NCBI GenBank assembly: GCA_963714395.1 | Contig: CAVQOO010000068.1 | Coordinates: 18,728-82,727, forward strand | From: Bryobacteraceae bacterium | GTDB lineage: Bacteria > Acidobacteriota > Terriglobia > Bryobacterales > Bryobacteraceae | Direction of reading: 5' to 3' | DNA length: 64,000 nt | Shown: one piece after another, positions 1-10,749 of the stretch | How positions within the stretch are numbered: the first letter of the stretch is position 1 | How the letters are laid out: the number at the start of each line of letters is the position of its first letter | The notes under the pieces: model-generated | Seen by the model: only the letters and a program-made list of their open reading frames with translations | The model's database searches: none | Told to the model about the DNA's origin: nothing | Translations under genes and position numbers: made by a program

Positions 1-280
1 CCTTGATGCCGGTGCCGGCATAGACGTGGACGTGGATGTCGATGAGGCCGGGGGTGACGATGAGGCCCGAGACGTCGGCGACTTGCCGGGCCTGGGCGGC
101 GGGGAGGTTCGTGCCGACGCGGGCGATCTTGCCGGCGGCGATAGCGACGTCGCGGACTGCGTCGATGTTGTTCTTCGGGTCGATGACACGGCCGCCCTTG
201 AGGAGAAGATCCCAGGTTTGCTGTGCGTCGATATTGGTGGCCATGAGCGTGGCGATGAGAACGCAGTTGCGGAAATTCAT
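1..280 (-). CDS. amidohydrolase-family protein, N-terminal part (gene runs off the left edge)
   Basis: The reverse-strand translation from ATG (complement 278-280) reads MNFRNCVLIATLMATNIDAQQTWDLLLKGGRVIDPKNNIDAVRDVAIAAGKIARVG...GLIDIHVHVYAGTGIK. The GxxDxHVH metal-binding start is typical of the amidohydrolase superfamily. The + ORF 26..424 is antisense noise. Confidence 0.5.
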   Translation of the reverse strand, partial: MNFRNCVLIATLMATNIDAQQTWDLLLKGGRVIDPKNNIDAVRDVAIAAGKIARVGTNLPAAQARQVADVSGLIVTPGLIDIHVHVYAGTGIK

Positions 281-294
281 GGTGTTGGCTGCCG

Positions 295-744
295 TCAGAT
301 GAAGGCGATGACGTCGATTTCCACGAGCGAGTTGCCGGGGATGCCGCCGGCGGCGGCGATGGTGGTGCGAACAGGGGGCTCTTCGCCGAAACGGCCCAGG
401 AAAACCTCATTCATGCCGGCGTAGTCCTTCAGGTCATTCAGGTAGACATTGCACTTGAGGACCTTGGTCATCGAGGAGCCGGCCGCGACGAGTTCCTTCT
501 CGACTTCATCGAGGACAATTTTGGTGTGGTCCTTGATGTCGCCCGGGACGTGTGCGCCCTTGCCGGCGATGAAGAGCAGGTTGCCGTAGGAGACGGCTCC
601 GCTGAACAGCGGTGTCTTGGCGGGCTTCTTACCGCTGCGGTAGTGGACCTTCTTTTGTGGGGCGGCCGCCGGCTGGGCGGCAACCGTGGTGGAAGCGGCG
701 CCGGCAACGATGGCCGCGCCAAACGCGCGTCGGGATTTGGTCAT
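295..744 (-). CDS. RidA/YjgF/L-PSP family protein with a Tat-type signal peptide
   Basis: 149-aa ORF. N-terminus SRRAFGAAIVAGAASTTVAA resembles a Tat signal. The core ...GAVSYGNLLFIAGKGA...KCNVYLNDLKDYAGMNEVF...IPGNSLVEIDVIAF matches RidA family signatures. Confidence 0.7.
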   Translation of the reverse strand: MTKSRRAFGAAIVAGAASTTVAAQPAAAPQKKVHYRSGKKPAKTPLFSGAVSYGNLLFIAGKGAHVPGDIKDHTKIVLDEVEKELVAAGSSMTKVLKCNVYLNDLKDYAGMNEVFLGRFGEEPPVRTTIAAAGGIPGNSLVEIDVIAFI

Positions 745-767
745 GAAGTATGGTCCTCGAAGGCAGT

Positions 768-1907
768 CTAGCTCAGCTTGATGGCACGCAGGTCGATCTT
801 CTTGCGATCGGCGACGCCGATACCGAGAGCGCCGGCAATTTCGACGTGCTCGGGCTGCATGCGAACGAAGCCGCTGTCGGCGTCCTTCATGGCTTCAGCC
901 AAGGGCTTCATACCGACTGAGACGCGGTGGGCGTCGAGTTCCTCCCAGCCGATCTTGTCGATCGCCACAGGGTCGGTGGAGAAGAACATCGTCTTGTGTT
1001 CCCAGACGTACTTCTCGCGGCTTGGATTCATAACGGGTCCGCCGTGGGCGAGCGCTTTGATGGCGTCGCCAATGTGGAGGACCGCTTTGTTACGGATGAC
1101 GGGGATGGAGACAGAGGCGGGAATGAACGCGCCGCAGGCGTTCAGCATCGGCGAGGAGTGGCTGCGGTTGACGTTGTTCACGAGCCCGTGCGACATGTTC
1201 TTCAGCGCGAAGGTGATGCCGGCCGACTGGTGGTGCTTGAGCAGGCAGAGATTGACGAGCTTGTTCACTTCTTTGGTGATGTAGACGGCGGCGAAGCTGC
1301 GGCGTGCCTGGTCGTTGGTCATGTCGAAGCCCGGCAGCGTGAGCTGCATGTCCATGTAGTGGTCGGGGTCGTAGCCGTCCATGCGCTGCTGCGTGCGGTC
1401 GTTGTAGTCGGCGGCCCAGGCGACACGGACGCCTTCGGGCAACCATTTGTCGAAACCGGCGGCGTAGAACTCCTGCTTGTAACGGTCGTAGACAACGATG
1501 TTCTTGCGCGGGACGCCGGCGGATTCGAGGCCCGAGATGATGGACTGGACGACCTCGGGAGAGGAGATGACGTAGGGGCGGCTGACCGGGTTGAGCTTGA
1601 TGCCGACGACGTCGGACGGTTCGAAGAAGGCGCGCCAGGCGGCGGTGGAGTCGGGCGCACCGGTGAGTTCAGTCATGCCGCGGTTCATCATCTGCTGGAC
1701 GGGCTCGCGTTGATAGGCGCCCGAGATGATGGAGCCGGGGTGCTCGACGCGGACGACGCGTCCAGGGAAGAGGCCGGGTGCGGACCACTTGGTCTTTTCG
1801 CTTTTGCTGTTAGTGGAGGTGGCGTGTGCAAGAGCTGAGCCTGTCAGTCCGAGCGCGAGCATGCGCTCGAGCCATTCGCGGCGGGATTCTCGAATGATTG
1901 AATTCAT
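768..1907 (-). CDS. DUF362-family protein with a Tat signal (RREWLERMLALGLTGSALA)
   Basis: 379-aa intact ORF with a twin-arginine N-terminus. Overall composition and length resemble DUF362 proteins. The family assignment is from memory, not a search. Confidence 0.5.
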   Translation of the reverse strand: MNSIIRESRREWLERMLALGLTGSALAHATSTNSKSEKTKWSAPGLFPGRVVRVEHPGSIISGAYQREPVQQMMNRGMTELTGAPDSTAAWRAFFEPSDVVGIKLNPVSRPYVISSPEVVQSIISGLESAGVPRKNIVVYDRYKQEFYAAGFDKWLPEGVRVAWAADYNDRTQQRMDGYDPDHYMDMQLTLPGFDMTNDQARRSFAAVYITKEVNKLVNLCLLKHHQSAGITFALKNMSHGLVNNVNRSHSSPMLNACGAFIPASVSIPVIRNKAVLHIGDAIKALAHGGPVMNPSREKYVWEHKTMFFSTDPVAIDKIGWEELDAHRVSVGMKPLAEAMKDADSGFVRMQPEHVEIAGALGIGVADRKKIDLRAIKLS

Positions 1908-1990
1908 GTTTGTCCCAGGTTCCCAGTGATGAAAGAAACGCCGGCCCTCGAAGGGAGCCGGCGTTTCGGTTACGGTTGACAGTCAGCCTA

Positions 1991-4900
1991 TTAGAAGATG
2001 TACTTCAAGCCGAACTGAATGTTGCGGGGCGCCTGCACCTGGCTGGTGATGGCGCCAAAGCTGGCCGGAGTGCCGATGCTGCGACCGGGAGCGCCCCAAC
2101 TGACGTGGTTGAAGGCGTTGAAGAACTCCGCGCGGAAGTCGACGTACTGCTTTTCGGTGATGTTGAACTTCTTGCCGACGGAGAAATCGGTGGAGAAGTA
2201 GCTGGGCGCCCGTTCGGTGCCGATGCCGGAGTTGCCGAACGAACCATCGGCTGGCTGGCCGTACGCGCAGGTGCCGTTGTTGACGCCGCCGGCGCAGAAG
2301 AATGCGGTCGCGGGCGGCCGTGTCAGTGGGCAGACCGAAGTAGTTGTCAATGTTGACCAGGTTCGGGTCGCCATTGAGCTCGCCGTAGCGATTGGCCCGA
2401 ACGTTGCCGCGGACGGCCTGACCGGTGCGGTCGATCGCCATGATGGTAACGGGGAAGCCAGTGCGGGCGGCGACAAAGTAGTTGATGTTCCAGCCGCCGA
2501 GGATGAGGTCGCGCCGCCTTGTTCATGTCGGAGCCGAACTTCTTGCCCTTGCCGACCGGCAGGTCATAGAGGCCGCCGATGGTGAAGTTGTGGGTGACAT
2601 CGAAGAACGACGGGCCGCGGTTGCCGCGGCGGTCGTATGCGTTCTGCCAGTAGGCGCCTTCACCGGCGGTGAAGCCGCCGCCGTAGTAGCCCAGGTTATC
2701 GGTGAGGGTTTTGCCGAAGGTGTAGGCTGCCAGGAACTCGAGCCCCGAGCTGTAGCGCCGGCGGCCAGTCACCTGGAGGGAGTGGTAGTCCATGGTGGCC
2801 GAGGCCTCGGTCAAGGCGATGTTGTCGACGTTGGGCAACACGTTGATGAGCGGCCGCCGGAGGTTGAGGTTGGTCCAGGTGCTGAACGGGCCCGTACCGG
2901 CGAGGGGCTGGTTGGCCTCGTGCGGAGCCACAAGGTGGGTCCCCTTCTGACCGACGTAGGCGGCGGAGAAGGACGTGGCGCGTCGAGCTGATACTCCATG
3001 GAGAAGTTCATCTGGGAAGTAGTCTGTGGGCGCAGGTTCTGGTCCCACGCACGCCCCTGTAGCTGAGGGTTGGTGCCGGCTGACGCAGGACGCGGCATAT
3101 CGAGACGGATGTCGCCAGTCACGACGTCGGAGAAGCCCGAGGTGATTGTGCCCGGTGTTCTGGCGTCGTAGGTGAAGTTGGTTTCGACGAAGAACGGCGG
3201 GTTCAGGGGCAGGCGGAGGTTGGCGCCGGTGCCTTCCATGAAGCTCATGTAGGCATAGCCGGCGCGAATGACCATCTTGCTCTTGAACATTTCCGGCGTC
3301 CAGGCCAGCCCGATGCGCGGCATGAACTGTTTCCAGTAGCCCTCGTAGAGCGCGCGGCTGTTGCCGTTCTGGCCCGGCGTAGAGCAGCTTGCCGGTGTAG
3401 GTGTCGATGTTGACCTGACGGTCGGCGACCTCGTAGATGGGCTGAGCATACTCCCAGCGAATGCCGAGGTTGATCGTGAACGTGCTGGTGACCTTCCAGT
3501 CGTCCTGGGCGAAGATAGCCGTACGCCAGGAGCGGTGGCCCCAAGTTCCCGCAGCGGCGCCGCGGCCCTTGCTCGGCAAGTGCGTCGAGCAGGAAGTCGG
3601 CGTAGTCGAGGTTCGGAGTAGGTGCCGTTGTAGGTGAAGAACCCGAGGGCGCCGTTGTTGCCGGCATAGAAGCGGTTCTGCTGATAGCGGGTGAGCTGAG
3701 CGCCCATCTTGAGCAGGTGGCGGGCTTTCTGCCAGGTGAGGTTGTCGTAGTAGATGAACTTGTTGTCCGCGGTATTGCTGATGATGGCGCCCGCGCCGGC
3801 CGCGGTCAGATCCTGAACCGAGCGAGACGGAGCTAAGGCCGGGGATCGGCTGGCCGCCGGGAATGCCGAAGTGAAGCGTTGCCATCGGCGCCGAGTTTGC
3901 CGGACCAGTCGAGGACGGTGTCGTTGATGACGACGCGCGAGTAGGCAGCACGAGCCTCGTTGACGACCGACGGGGAAAAAGTGCGAACCCAGTTGACGAC
4001 GCCGGACTTCGTCGGACCTTCCTGGCCGCTGTGTCATCTGTATGGCAAGCGGCTGCAGGCTGCCGAAGGACTCTCATAGCTTCCCATGGAGAAACGGCCG
4101 GAAAGGCTGTCCTTGTCGGAGAAGCGATAGTCGATCTTTGACGTCGCCCTGGTGGTTCTTCTAGCGTGGTCGCCGTGCTCGAACCATAGTTACCGCTGAT
4201 GCCAAGGGCGCCGGCTCCCGCTTGGTTCGGCAGCGGGTAGAGGTCGGGGCTTGAGAAGAGTTTCCTGGCGACAGGGTTGACGATTCGTGCCACCGGGATT
4301 TGCTTGCCGGGGAACGGATTGCCAGTCAGTCGGGTCAATGATGTTGTTGGGGAACTGGCTCAGGTCGCCGATACGCCACGCGGCTGGCGCCACGCTGGCC
4401 GATGCAGGGCCGCCTGTGCGCTGCTCGGTGCCTTCGTAGTCGACGAAGAAGAAGGCCTTGTCACGGACGATCGGGCCACCGAAGGTGCCGCCGAAGATGT
4501 TGCGCTTGAAGCCGAGCGCGTCGCCGTAGACACGTTGCGGTTGCGGAAGAAGCCATTGGCGTTCAGCTTATCGTTCTGGAGGAACTCGAAGACGTTGCCA
4601 TGGAACTGGTTGGTGCCGCTCTTGATCGACATCATAACGGCGGCGCCGCCGGCGTTGCCGTAGTCGGCCGCGGCATTGCCGGTGAGGACCTTTACTTCTT
4701 CGAGGGCGTCGACGTTCGGGGAATAGCCGTTCGCGGTTGTCGATGGAGTCATTGACGTCGACGCCGTCGAGCATGAAGTTGTTGGTCTGCTCGCGGTTGC
4801 CGTTGACGAAGGGCCGGGCGCCGAAGCGGCTGTTGAGTCCATCCGGGATTGGTGGTGATCGCGCCAGGGATCATCTGGGTGAGGGCCATGAAGTTCCGCC

Positions 4901-5348
4901 CCTTCAAGGGGAGGGAGGTGAGTTTGGCCGTCGTGAGGGTGTCACCTGTTTGGGTCGTCTCGGTCTGAAGAATAGGAGCGACGCCGGTGACTTCGACGAC
5001 CTGCGTAGTGTCGCCGATCTCCAGTTTCACGTCAACGCGGGCGGTCTGGCTGCCGTCGAGCCGGAAGGGCCCAATGCTTGACTTCTTGAAACCCTGAGCC
5101 GAGGCGGTCAAGTTGTAGTCGCCGATCGGGAGGAAGAGCAGGTTGTAGACGCCGGACTCGTTGGTCTGCGCTTCGGTGCTGATGTTGGTGGCAGTGTTGG
5201 TTGCAGCCACTTTGACATTGGGAATAACGGAACCAGATGGATCCATGACGGTGCCCGTGATGGCACCGGTGATCGTCTGGGCAGAAGCCAGCCCACTAGT
5301 GATGAGCAGGCAGAGAAGCAAAACTCCAAAGCGATAGTTGATTTTCAT
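1991..5348 (-). pseudogene. TonB-dependent receptor with an N-terminal carboxypeptidase-regulatory-like domain, split by at least four frameshifts
   Basis: N-terminal piece 4749..5348 (signal peptide plus TGAITGTVMDPSGSVIPNVKVAATNTATN...GDYNLTASAQGFKK). Plug motif in 4360..4842 (NGYSPNVDALEEVKVLTGNAAADYGNAGGAAVMMSIKSGTNQFHGN). Barrel segments in 2811..4037 and 2347..4338. C-terminal piece 1991..2476 ends in ...QFGLKYIF (TonB C-terminal Phe). The pieces lie in different frames. Confidence 0.6.
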
Positions 5349-6133
5349 ATGGGAATAGCCCTTTTAGGCTGGCCTGGGGAGCCCCAGCAACCCAACTTCA
5401 TTGGCTGCAGATTTGGAGCCATCAACGAGAGACCCTGAGCGTAGCCTATGTTCTTAGTTAACAAAAAGTTAACGTGAAAAGCAAGCCCGCTCTCGGCCCC
5501 ACCAAGTGAGCCGAGGCTTACTGTTGCATCGACTTTCGGGATTGGTCTATAATCCTCACTAGTCGATACATGACGATCCGGTGCACTATCAGTGCCGTAC
5601 TTATCGCGTGGATGGGCGTTTGCGCCCAGACCCCCGAAGCACGCGTGCCGGCGGGTACCCGACTGCGACCCAGTCGATGTGCGCGGCTTGACATCGACCA
5701 TGGATCTGACCACGCCCGGGACGGCGAATCGCACTCATTTGACACGTATTCCGCGCGTCATCAGGCGCTGGGGAACCGGACTGGAACGGGTACGATCAGC
5801 GCCGGTCCGGCCGATCCGATTCCGGCAGTACTTGCGGACGAGATCCGTCTTTCCACTCCAGGAATCGCATTCCATTCGCTCGTCATCGCCTGGCACGAGA
5901 CAGTTCCAGCCCGACTGACCAAGGGCGTCGTTCGGGGCCGAGCCCCTCCATTGTTTCATTCGTAAATCTTCACGCAACCGCCGCGGGTTTCACCGGAGCA
6001 GGACCTATTCAGGTCCCGCTTTCACCGACCTCACCCGCGGCTAACCCGTCCAGGAGAGTCTGCCTGAATCAAGGCATCACCTCCAGGACAAGACGCGCGA
6101 GTCCCTGCTTGCGCGTGGGCTGCCTAACTGTAA

Positions 6134-6811
6134 ATGGAGATTACTGCAATGAAGAGAATTCTAGATGGACTTTCCCGTTTCCAGACTGAGATCTTTCCCG
6201 AGGAGCGCGCGTTGTTTGCGCGCCTGGCTAAATCACAAACTCCCGAGGCGCTCTTCCTCACCTGTTCGGACAGCCGTATCGTACCGGACATGCTCACACA
6301 GACGAAGCCCGGCGATCTATTCATCTGCCGCAACGCGGGCAACATCGCGCCTCCATACGGCGAACACGCTGGAGGCGTCTCGGCGACGATCGAGTATGCG
6401 GTGCTGGCCCTGGGGGTGAAGGACATCATCGTCTGCGGCCACTCCGATTGCGGGGCCATGAAGGGACTTCTTCACCCGGACCAACTTGCCGCACTTCCCA
6501 CTATGGCCGCGTGGCTGCGCCACGGCGAACGAGCGCGATTCGTCACCGAAGAGAACTATGCCCACCTTCCCGATCATGCAAGGCTTGCGGCGCTGACTGA
6601 GCAAAACGTGCTGGCGCAAATCGACAACCTGAAGACCTATCCCTGCGTTGCGTCGCGGCTGCACAATGGCACGCTCCAACTGCACGGCTGGGTGTACGAG
6701 ATCGAAAGCGGGGTGATGCGCGCTTATGACCCCAGCGATCGATCGTTCGTGCCGGTCCTGGCTACGCGCGAACATCTTGGCCCGCGCGCCCTGGAGGCGA
6801 GAAGTGCCTAG
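6134..6811 (+). CDS. beta-class carbonic anhydrase
   Basis: Intact 225-aa ORF with LFLTCSDSRIVPDML and VCGHSDCGAMKG (the beta-CA Cys/His zinc ligands and CxDxR motif). Confidence 0.85.
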   Translation: MEITAMKRILDGLSRFQTEIFPEERALFARLAKSQTPEALFLTCSDSRIVPDMLTQTKPGDLFICRNAGNIAPPYGEHAGGVSATIEYAVLALGVKDIIVCGHSDCGAMKGLLHPDQLAALPTMAAWLRHGERARFVTEENYAHLPDHARLAALTEQNVLAQIDNLKTYPCVASRLHNGTLQLHGWVYEIESGVMRAYDPSDRSFVPVLATREHLGPRALEARSA

Positions 6812-8196
6812 CCTGACTGCTACGACGAGCGGCGCAGCGCCGCCTCCACGCGTCAATAACGCGGACGACACGACACTGCTCCGGCGTTTGCTCTTCTTCA
6901 TCAACCCAATCGATGCCCGCTACGAGGACCTGCGACGGGGCAACATCGCACTGAACGTGCTGCGCGACTTCGCCGCCGGACTGATCGTGGCCATGGTGGC
7001 GATCCCGCTTGCGATGGGATTCGCCATGGCCAGCGGACTGCGCCCGGAACAGGGCATCGTCGGCGGAGCCATCGCCGGAATGATCGGCGCGCTCTGGGGC
7101 GGATCGAAGTACCAGGTCTACGGCCCCACTGCGGCGTTCATCCCCGTCATCGGCGGGCTGATGGCCAAGTACGACCACCGTGTGCTGGTGCTTGCCTCGA
7201 TCCTGGCCGGTGTGATTCTGATTGGTTTTGGCGTGCTGCGACTGGGCCGCATTGTGGCCAAGGTGCCGCACTCCATCGTGGTTGGCTTCACGATCGGGAT
7301 CGCCATCACAATCGCCTTCTCCCAGGTCGGCGAGCTGCTCGGCCTGAAGGCCAAGATGGGCTACAGCCTGTTCGACAAGGTGGCGGTGATCAGCGCAAAC
7401 CTGGGCGCGATCAACTACTATGCTGTCGCGATCGGGCTGTTCACCTTCGTGATCACGAAGTACGTGCTCAAGATCTCGGTGTTCATTCCGGCGCCGCTTC
7501 TGGCGTTGGGATTGAGCACCTTGATTGCGGCGACCCTATGGGGAGGCAAGGGCCTGGTTCTGGTGAAAGAGAAGTACGGGCAGATCCCGACGGACTTCCT
7601 GGTGTTCACGTCGCCGGCCTCGATCATCCCGACTCCGCAGTTCCTGCTCGATCTCGCCTACTATGTGGTGGCGTTCGTTGTCGTGGCAGCCATCGAGAGC
7701 CTGCTGTGCTCGCGCATGGCTGACCGACTGGCGGACAATCGCGGCACACCCTTCAACCCCAATAAAGAGCTGTGGGGACAGGGAATCGTGCAGATCGTGA
7801 TTCCGCTTGTTGAACGGTTTCCCGCACACCGGCGCACTGGCGCGCACCGCCACCAATATCAAGCTTGGAGCGGTCTCGCCCCTGGCCGGAATCTTCAAGT
7901 GCATCCTGAAGCTGCTGCTCGCGCTTTACCTTGCACATTTCCTCGAGCTGGTCCCGATGGCGTGCATCGGCGGCATTCTGCTCTACGTTTCGACCGCGAT
8001 GGTGAAGCCAGCGGAAGTCAGGCAGGTTCTGGCTCACAACTCGTTCCACATCGGGCTGATGGTGTATACGGCGGTCATGGTCGTGGTTACGGACTTCCTG
8101 ACCGGAGTTGTGAGCGCCGTGGTGATCTGGGCTTTTTTGCAGCGCTACCTCGACAAGCCGGTGGGTGTTCCCGAGCAGGCCGGCGCGGAGGCTTAA
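6804..8196 (+). CDS. SulP-family anion (sulfate/bicarbonate) transporter, with a frameshift near 7800
   Basis: A GTG at 6804 overlaps the CA stop. Polytopic membrane sequence ...AAGLIVAMVAIPLAMGFAMASGL...YGPTAAFIPVIGGL... is typical of SulP. The reading frame switches from ORF 6726..8222 to ORF 7807..8196 (NGFPHTGALARTATNIKLGAVSPLAGIF...) around 7800. Confidence 0.7.
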
Positions 8197-8200
8197 GCCG

Positions 8201-9070
8201 ATGCAGCCACACGAACGAGTGACTGTGGCGCTGGCGCGCGCGGAAGGCGACAGTGAACTGCTTGAATTCGCCCTCTGCGTCGCGAAACTCCGGCCCACGG
8301 AGTTTCAATTTGTTCACGTGCTGGACTGGCCTGCGGGCGGCCGGGATCCCGCCACAAGTCGTCGGCCACGACCGGGCCCTCGCCGAGATCGTCTCTGAGG
8401 TGCGGCGATACTTTCCCGGGGAAGGCGGCGATTGTCACGTCCTGGCTGGGTCGCTACTGGACCGGCTGCTCGAATTTGCGATCGAGGAGCAGAGCGATTT
8501 GTTGCTCGTGGGTCACAACCGCGGACGCAGCGGGAGGCGCTCGCTGGCCCGCCGTCTCGCCATGCAGGCGCCGTGCTCGCTGTTGATGGTCCCACTGGGC
8601 TCATCGCCGGCGGTTCGCGGCGTTCTGTGCGCGATCGATTTCTCCGAGCACTCCGCGCAGGCCCTCTCTATGGCTACACAGATCGCACAGCGAGCGGGGC
8701 TCGAAGAGTGCCTCGCCTTGCATGTCGTCTTCGGCGAAACCCGCGGCCGGGAGCATGCGGCGTTCGAGCGCTTCACTGCGCCGCTTGAACTTCACGGCGT
8801 GAGGGTTAGGCCGGTGTTTGAACAGGGGGTTAGCGTTGCTCGAATCCGCCATGGCAATTGCGCGGAACGAGAGCATCGACCTCATCGTGGCGGGGACGCG
8901 CGGGCAGAGCCGCTCAGCGAGTATCCTGCTGGGAAGCGTGTCGGAGCAGTTGCTTGGAGGAAACTCCGATTCCGGTGTTGATCGTCAAACAGCGGGGCGA
9001 ACGCATGAGCGTGCTCGAGGCGCTTTTTGATCGCGACCTGAGCATTCGCCGGGCGCCGCGTTCCGCCTGA
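8201..9070 (+). CDS. tandem-domain universal stress protein (UspA family), interrupted by frameshifts
   Basis: ATG at 8201 (MQPHERVTVALA...). Usp motifs LLLVGHNRGRSGRRSLARRLAMQAPCSLLMVP and DLIVAGTRGQSRSASILLGSVSEQLL...PVLIVK are spread over three frames (8165..8398, 8253..8981, 8818..9030, 8858..9070). Confidence 0.6.
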
Positions 9071-9087
9071 CTGGGTACAATCGATTG

Positions 9088-9974
9088 ATGTTCCCGTTCC
9101 GGCGGGTCCTGGTGGCACTGGCCGGGACCGAGACAGATGCCGGGCTGCTCGACTATGCCGCGATGATCGGCAAACGCAGTTCGGGCGTGGAATTCCTGTG
9201 CGTGCACATCGCCGCCTCAGAACAGGCGCTGAAGCTCGCTCTTCCCCTTCGCGAGCGAGCCATCGAACTGCTGAGCGACGAAGGCCGAGCAAACTCCACT
9301 ATGTGCGAGTTCGTTCATTGGTGAACGCGAGGACAGTCTGCTCGAGATCGCGGCCGAACAGCAGGCAGACGTCATTCTGCTCGGACATCGCCGCGACCGC
9401 AGCGGACGCCGGTCGCTTGCCCGACGCATGGCTATGAAAGCGCCGTGCGCGGTATGGATGGCGCCCGAAGGAACGCCCGCAGCAAGTGCGCCGCGTCCTG
9501 GTACCGATCGACTTCTCCCGCCGCTCGGCTGATGCCGTCACACTGGCCACGGAACTCGCCGAATCCATGGGGCTTGATGAAGTGTTCGCCCTGCATGTTT
9601 ACTTCAATGAGGCTTCGGTCAGCTACGACGAGTACGACGAACTGATTGCGGATGAGCATGACCTGGCGTTTCGCATCTTTGTCGCGCCGATAGACCTGCA
9701 CGGCGTCCATTTGAGGCCGTTGTTCGTCGAGGGCTCAATCGTGGCCCACACTGTGCTTCGGATCGCCGATGAGCAAACGTTCGATCTCATCGTGATGGGA
9801 ACACGCGGCCGCAGCCGTTCGGCCGCAGTCCTGCTGGGTAGTGAAACAGAGCACGCCATCCGGGAGACGCGTATCCCGATCCTGGCAGTCAAGCACTTCG
9901 GGTCGAAGCTCCGATTCCTTCAGGCCTTGCTCGATCGCGGACTGCGAGGCGCGCGGGGAGGCCGGTTCACGTGA
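9088..9974 (+). CDS. second tandem-domain universal stress protein, interrupted by frameshifts
   Basis: MFPFRRVLVALAGTETDAGLLDYAAMIGK... (9085..9324) continues out of frame. ORF 9486..9974 has VLVPIDFSRRSADAV... and DLIVMGTRGRSRSAAVLLGSETEHAIRETRIPILAVK. Confidence 0.6.
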
Positions 9975-9977
9975 AGC

Positions 9978-10570
9978 CTAGACAGCCGTTGCGGCCGCCT
10001 GGGGGTCGACTGTGGCGCCCTGGAGGCCCAATTCAGGCGCGCGGGCCTGGAGGGCGGTTATGCAGAAAGTGATATGGGTGTCGAGGTCGAGGCCGAGTTC
10101 GGCGGCGCCGCGAGTGATATCGTCGCGATTGATGGCGCGTGCAAAGGCTTTGTCCTTCATCTTCTTACGGACGCTCTTTGCTTCGACTTCGTGGATGGAG
10201 CGGGAGGGTTTGACGTAGCTGACGGCGGTGAGGAAGCCGGCGAGTTCGTCGCAGGCGTAAAGGACCTTTTCGAGGGGGGATTGGCGGGGGACGCCGGAGT
10301 AGTCGGCGTGCGAGAGAATGGCGCGGCGGATGGTGTCGCTGACGCCGCGCTCCTTGAGGATCGGTTCGCCGAGCATGGGATGGTCAGGCGACTGGGGATG
10401 GATCTCCCAATCGAAGTCGTGGAGGAGGGCGGTGACGGACCATTCCTCGGGTCGCCGCCGAACTGCGGGGCGTAAGCGGAGACGCAAGCTTCGACGGCGA
10501 GCATGTGACGGCGGAGGGCGTCGTTTTGGACGAACTCGCAGACGATATTCCAGGCCAGATCGCGGGTCAT
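9978..10570 (-). CDS. HD-domain phosphohydrolase-like protein, with a frameshift near 10440
   Basis: MTRDLAWNIVCEFVQNDALRRHMLAVEACVSAYAPQFGGDP (frame of ORF 10157..10636) continues as EEWSVTALLHDFDWEIHPQSPDHPMLGEPILKERGVSDTIRRAILSHADYSG (frame of ORF 9978..11015). The H...HD...D pattern resembles the HD/HDIG superfamily. The long ORF 9978..11015 that runs across the tRNA is an artefact. Confidence 0.5.
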
Positions 10571-10653
10571 TGAGATGAAGATAGCACTGACCGGGCACGG
10601 AGTGAAGTTGGCCTGGCGAGGGGTGCCGTGGTACATTGACTGAAGATCGACGT

Positions 10654-10729
10654 GGGCCTGTGGCGCAGTTGGGAGCGCGCTTCCATGGCATGGAAGAGGT
10701 CGTGAGTTCGAATCTCACCAGGTCCACCA
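10654..10729 (+). tRNA. tRNA-Ala (anticodon GGC)
   Basis: Cloverleaf folded by hand. Acceptor GGGCCTG/CAGGTCC with G3:U70. D-arm GCGC-AGTTGGGA-GCGC. Anticodon stem CTTCC/GGAAG with loop ATGGCAT (GGC). T-arm GTGAG-TTCGAAT-CTCAC. Discriminator A followed by CCA. Confidence 0.85.
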
Positions 10730-10749
10730 GATTTCCCCTCCCCAACACG

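Noticed and set aside
26-424. + strand ORF of 132 aa rich in Asp/Gly/Ala
   Set aside because: It is antisense to the amidohydrolase and RidA genes. Its composition is typical of spurious ORFs in GC-rich DNA.
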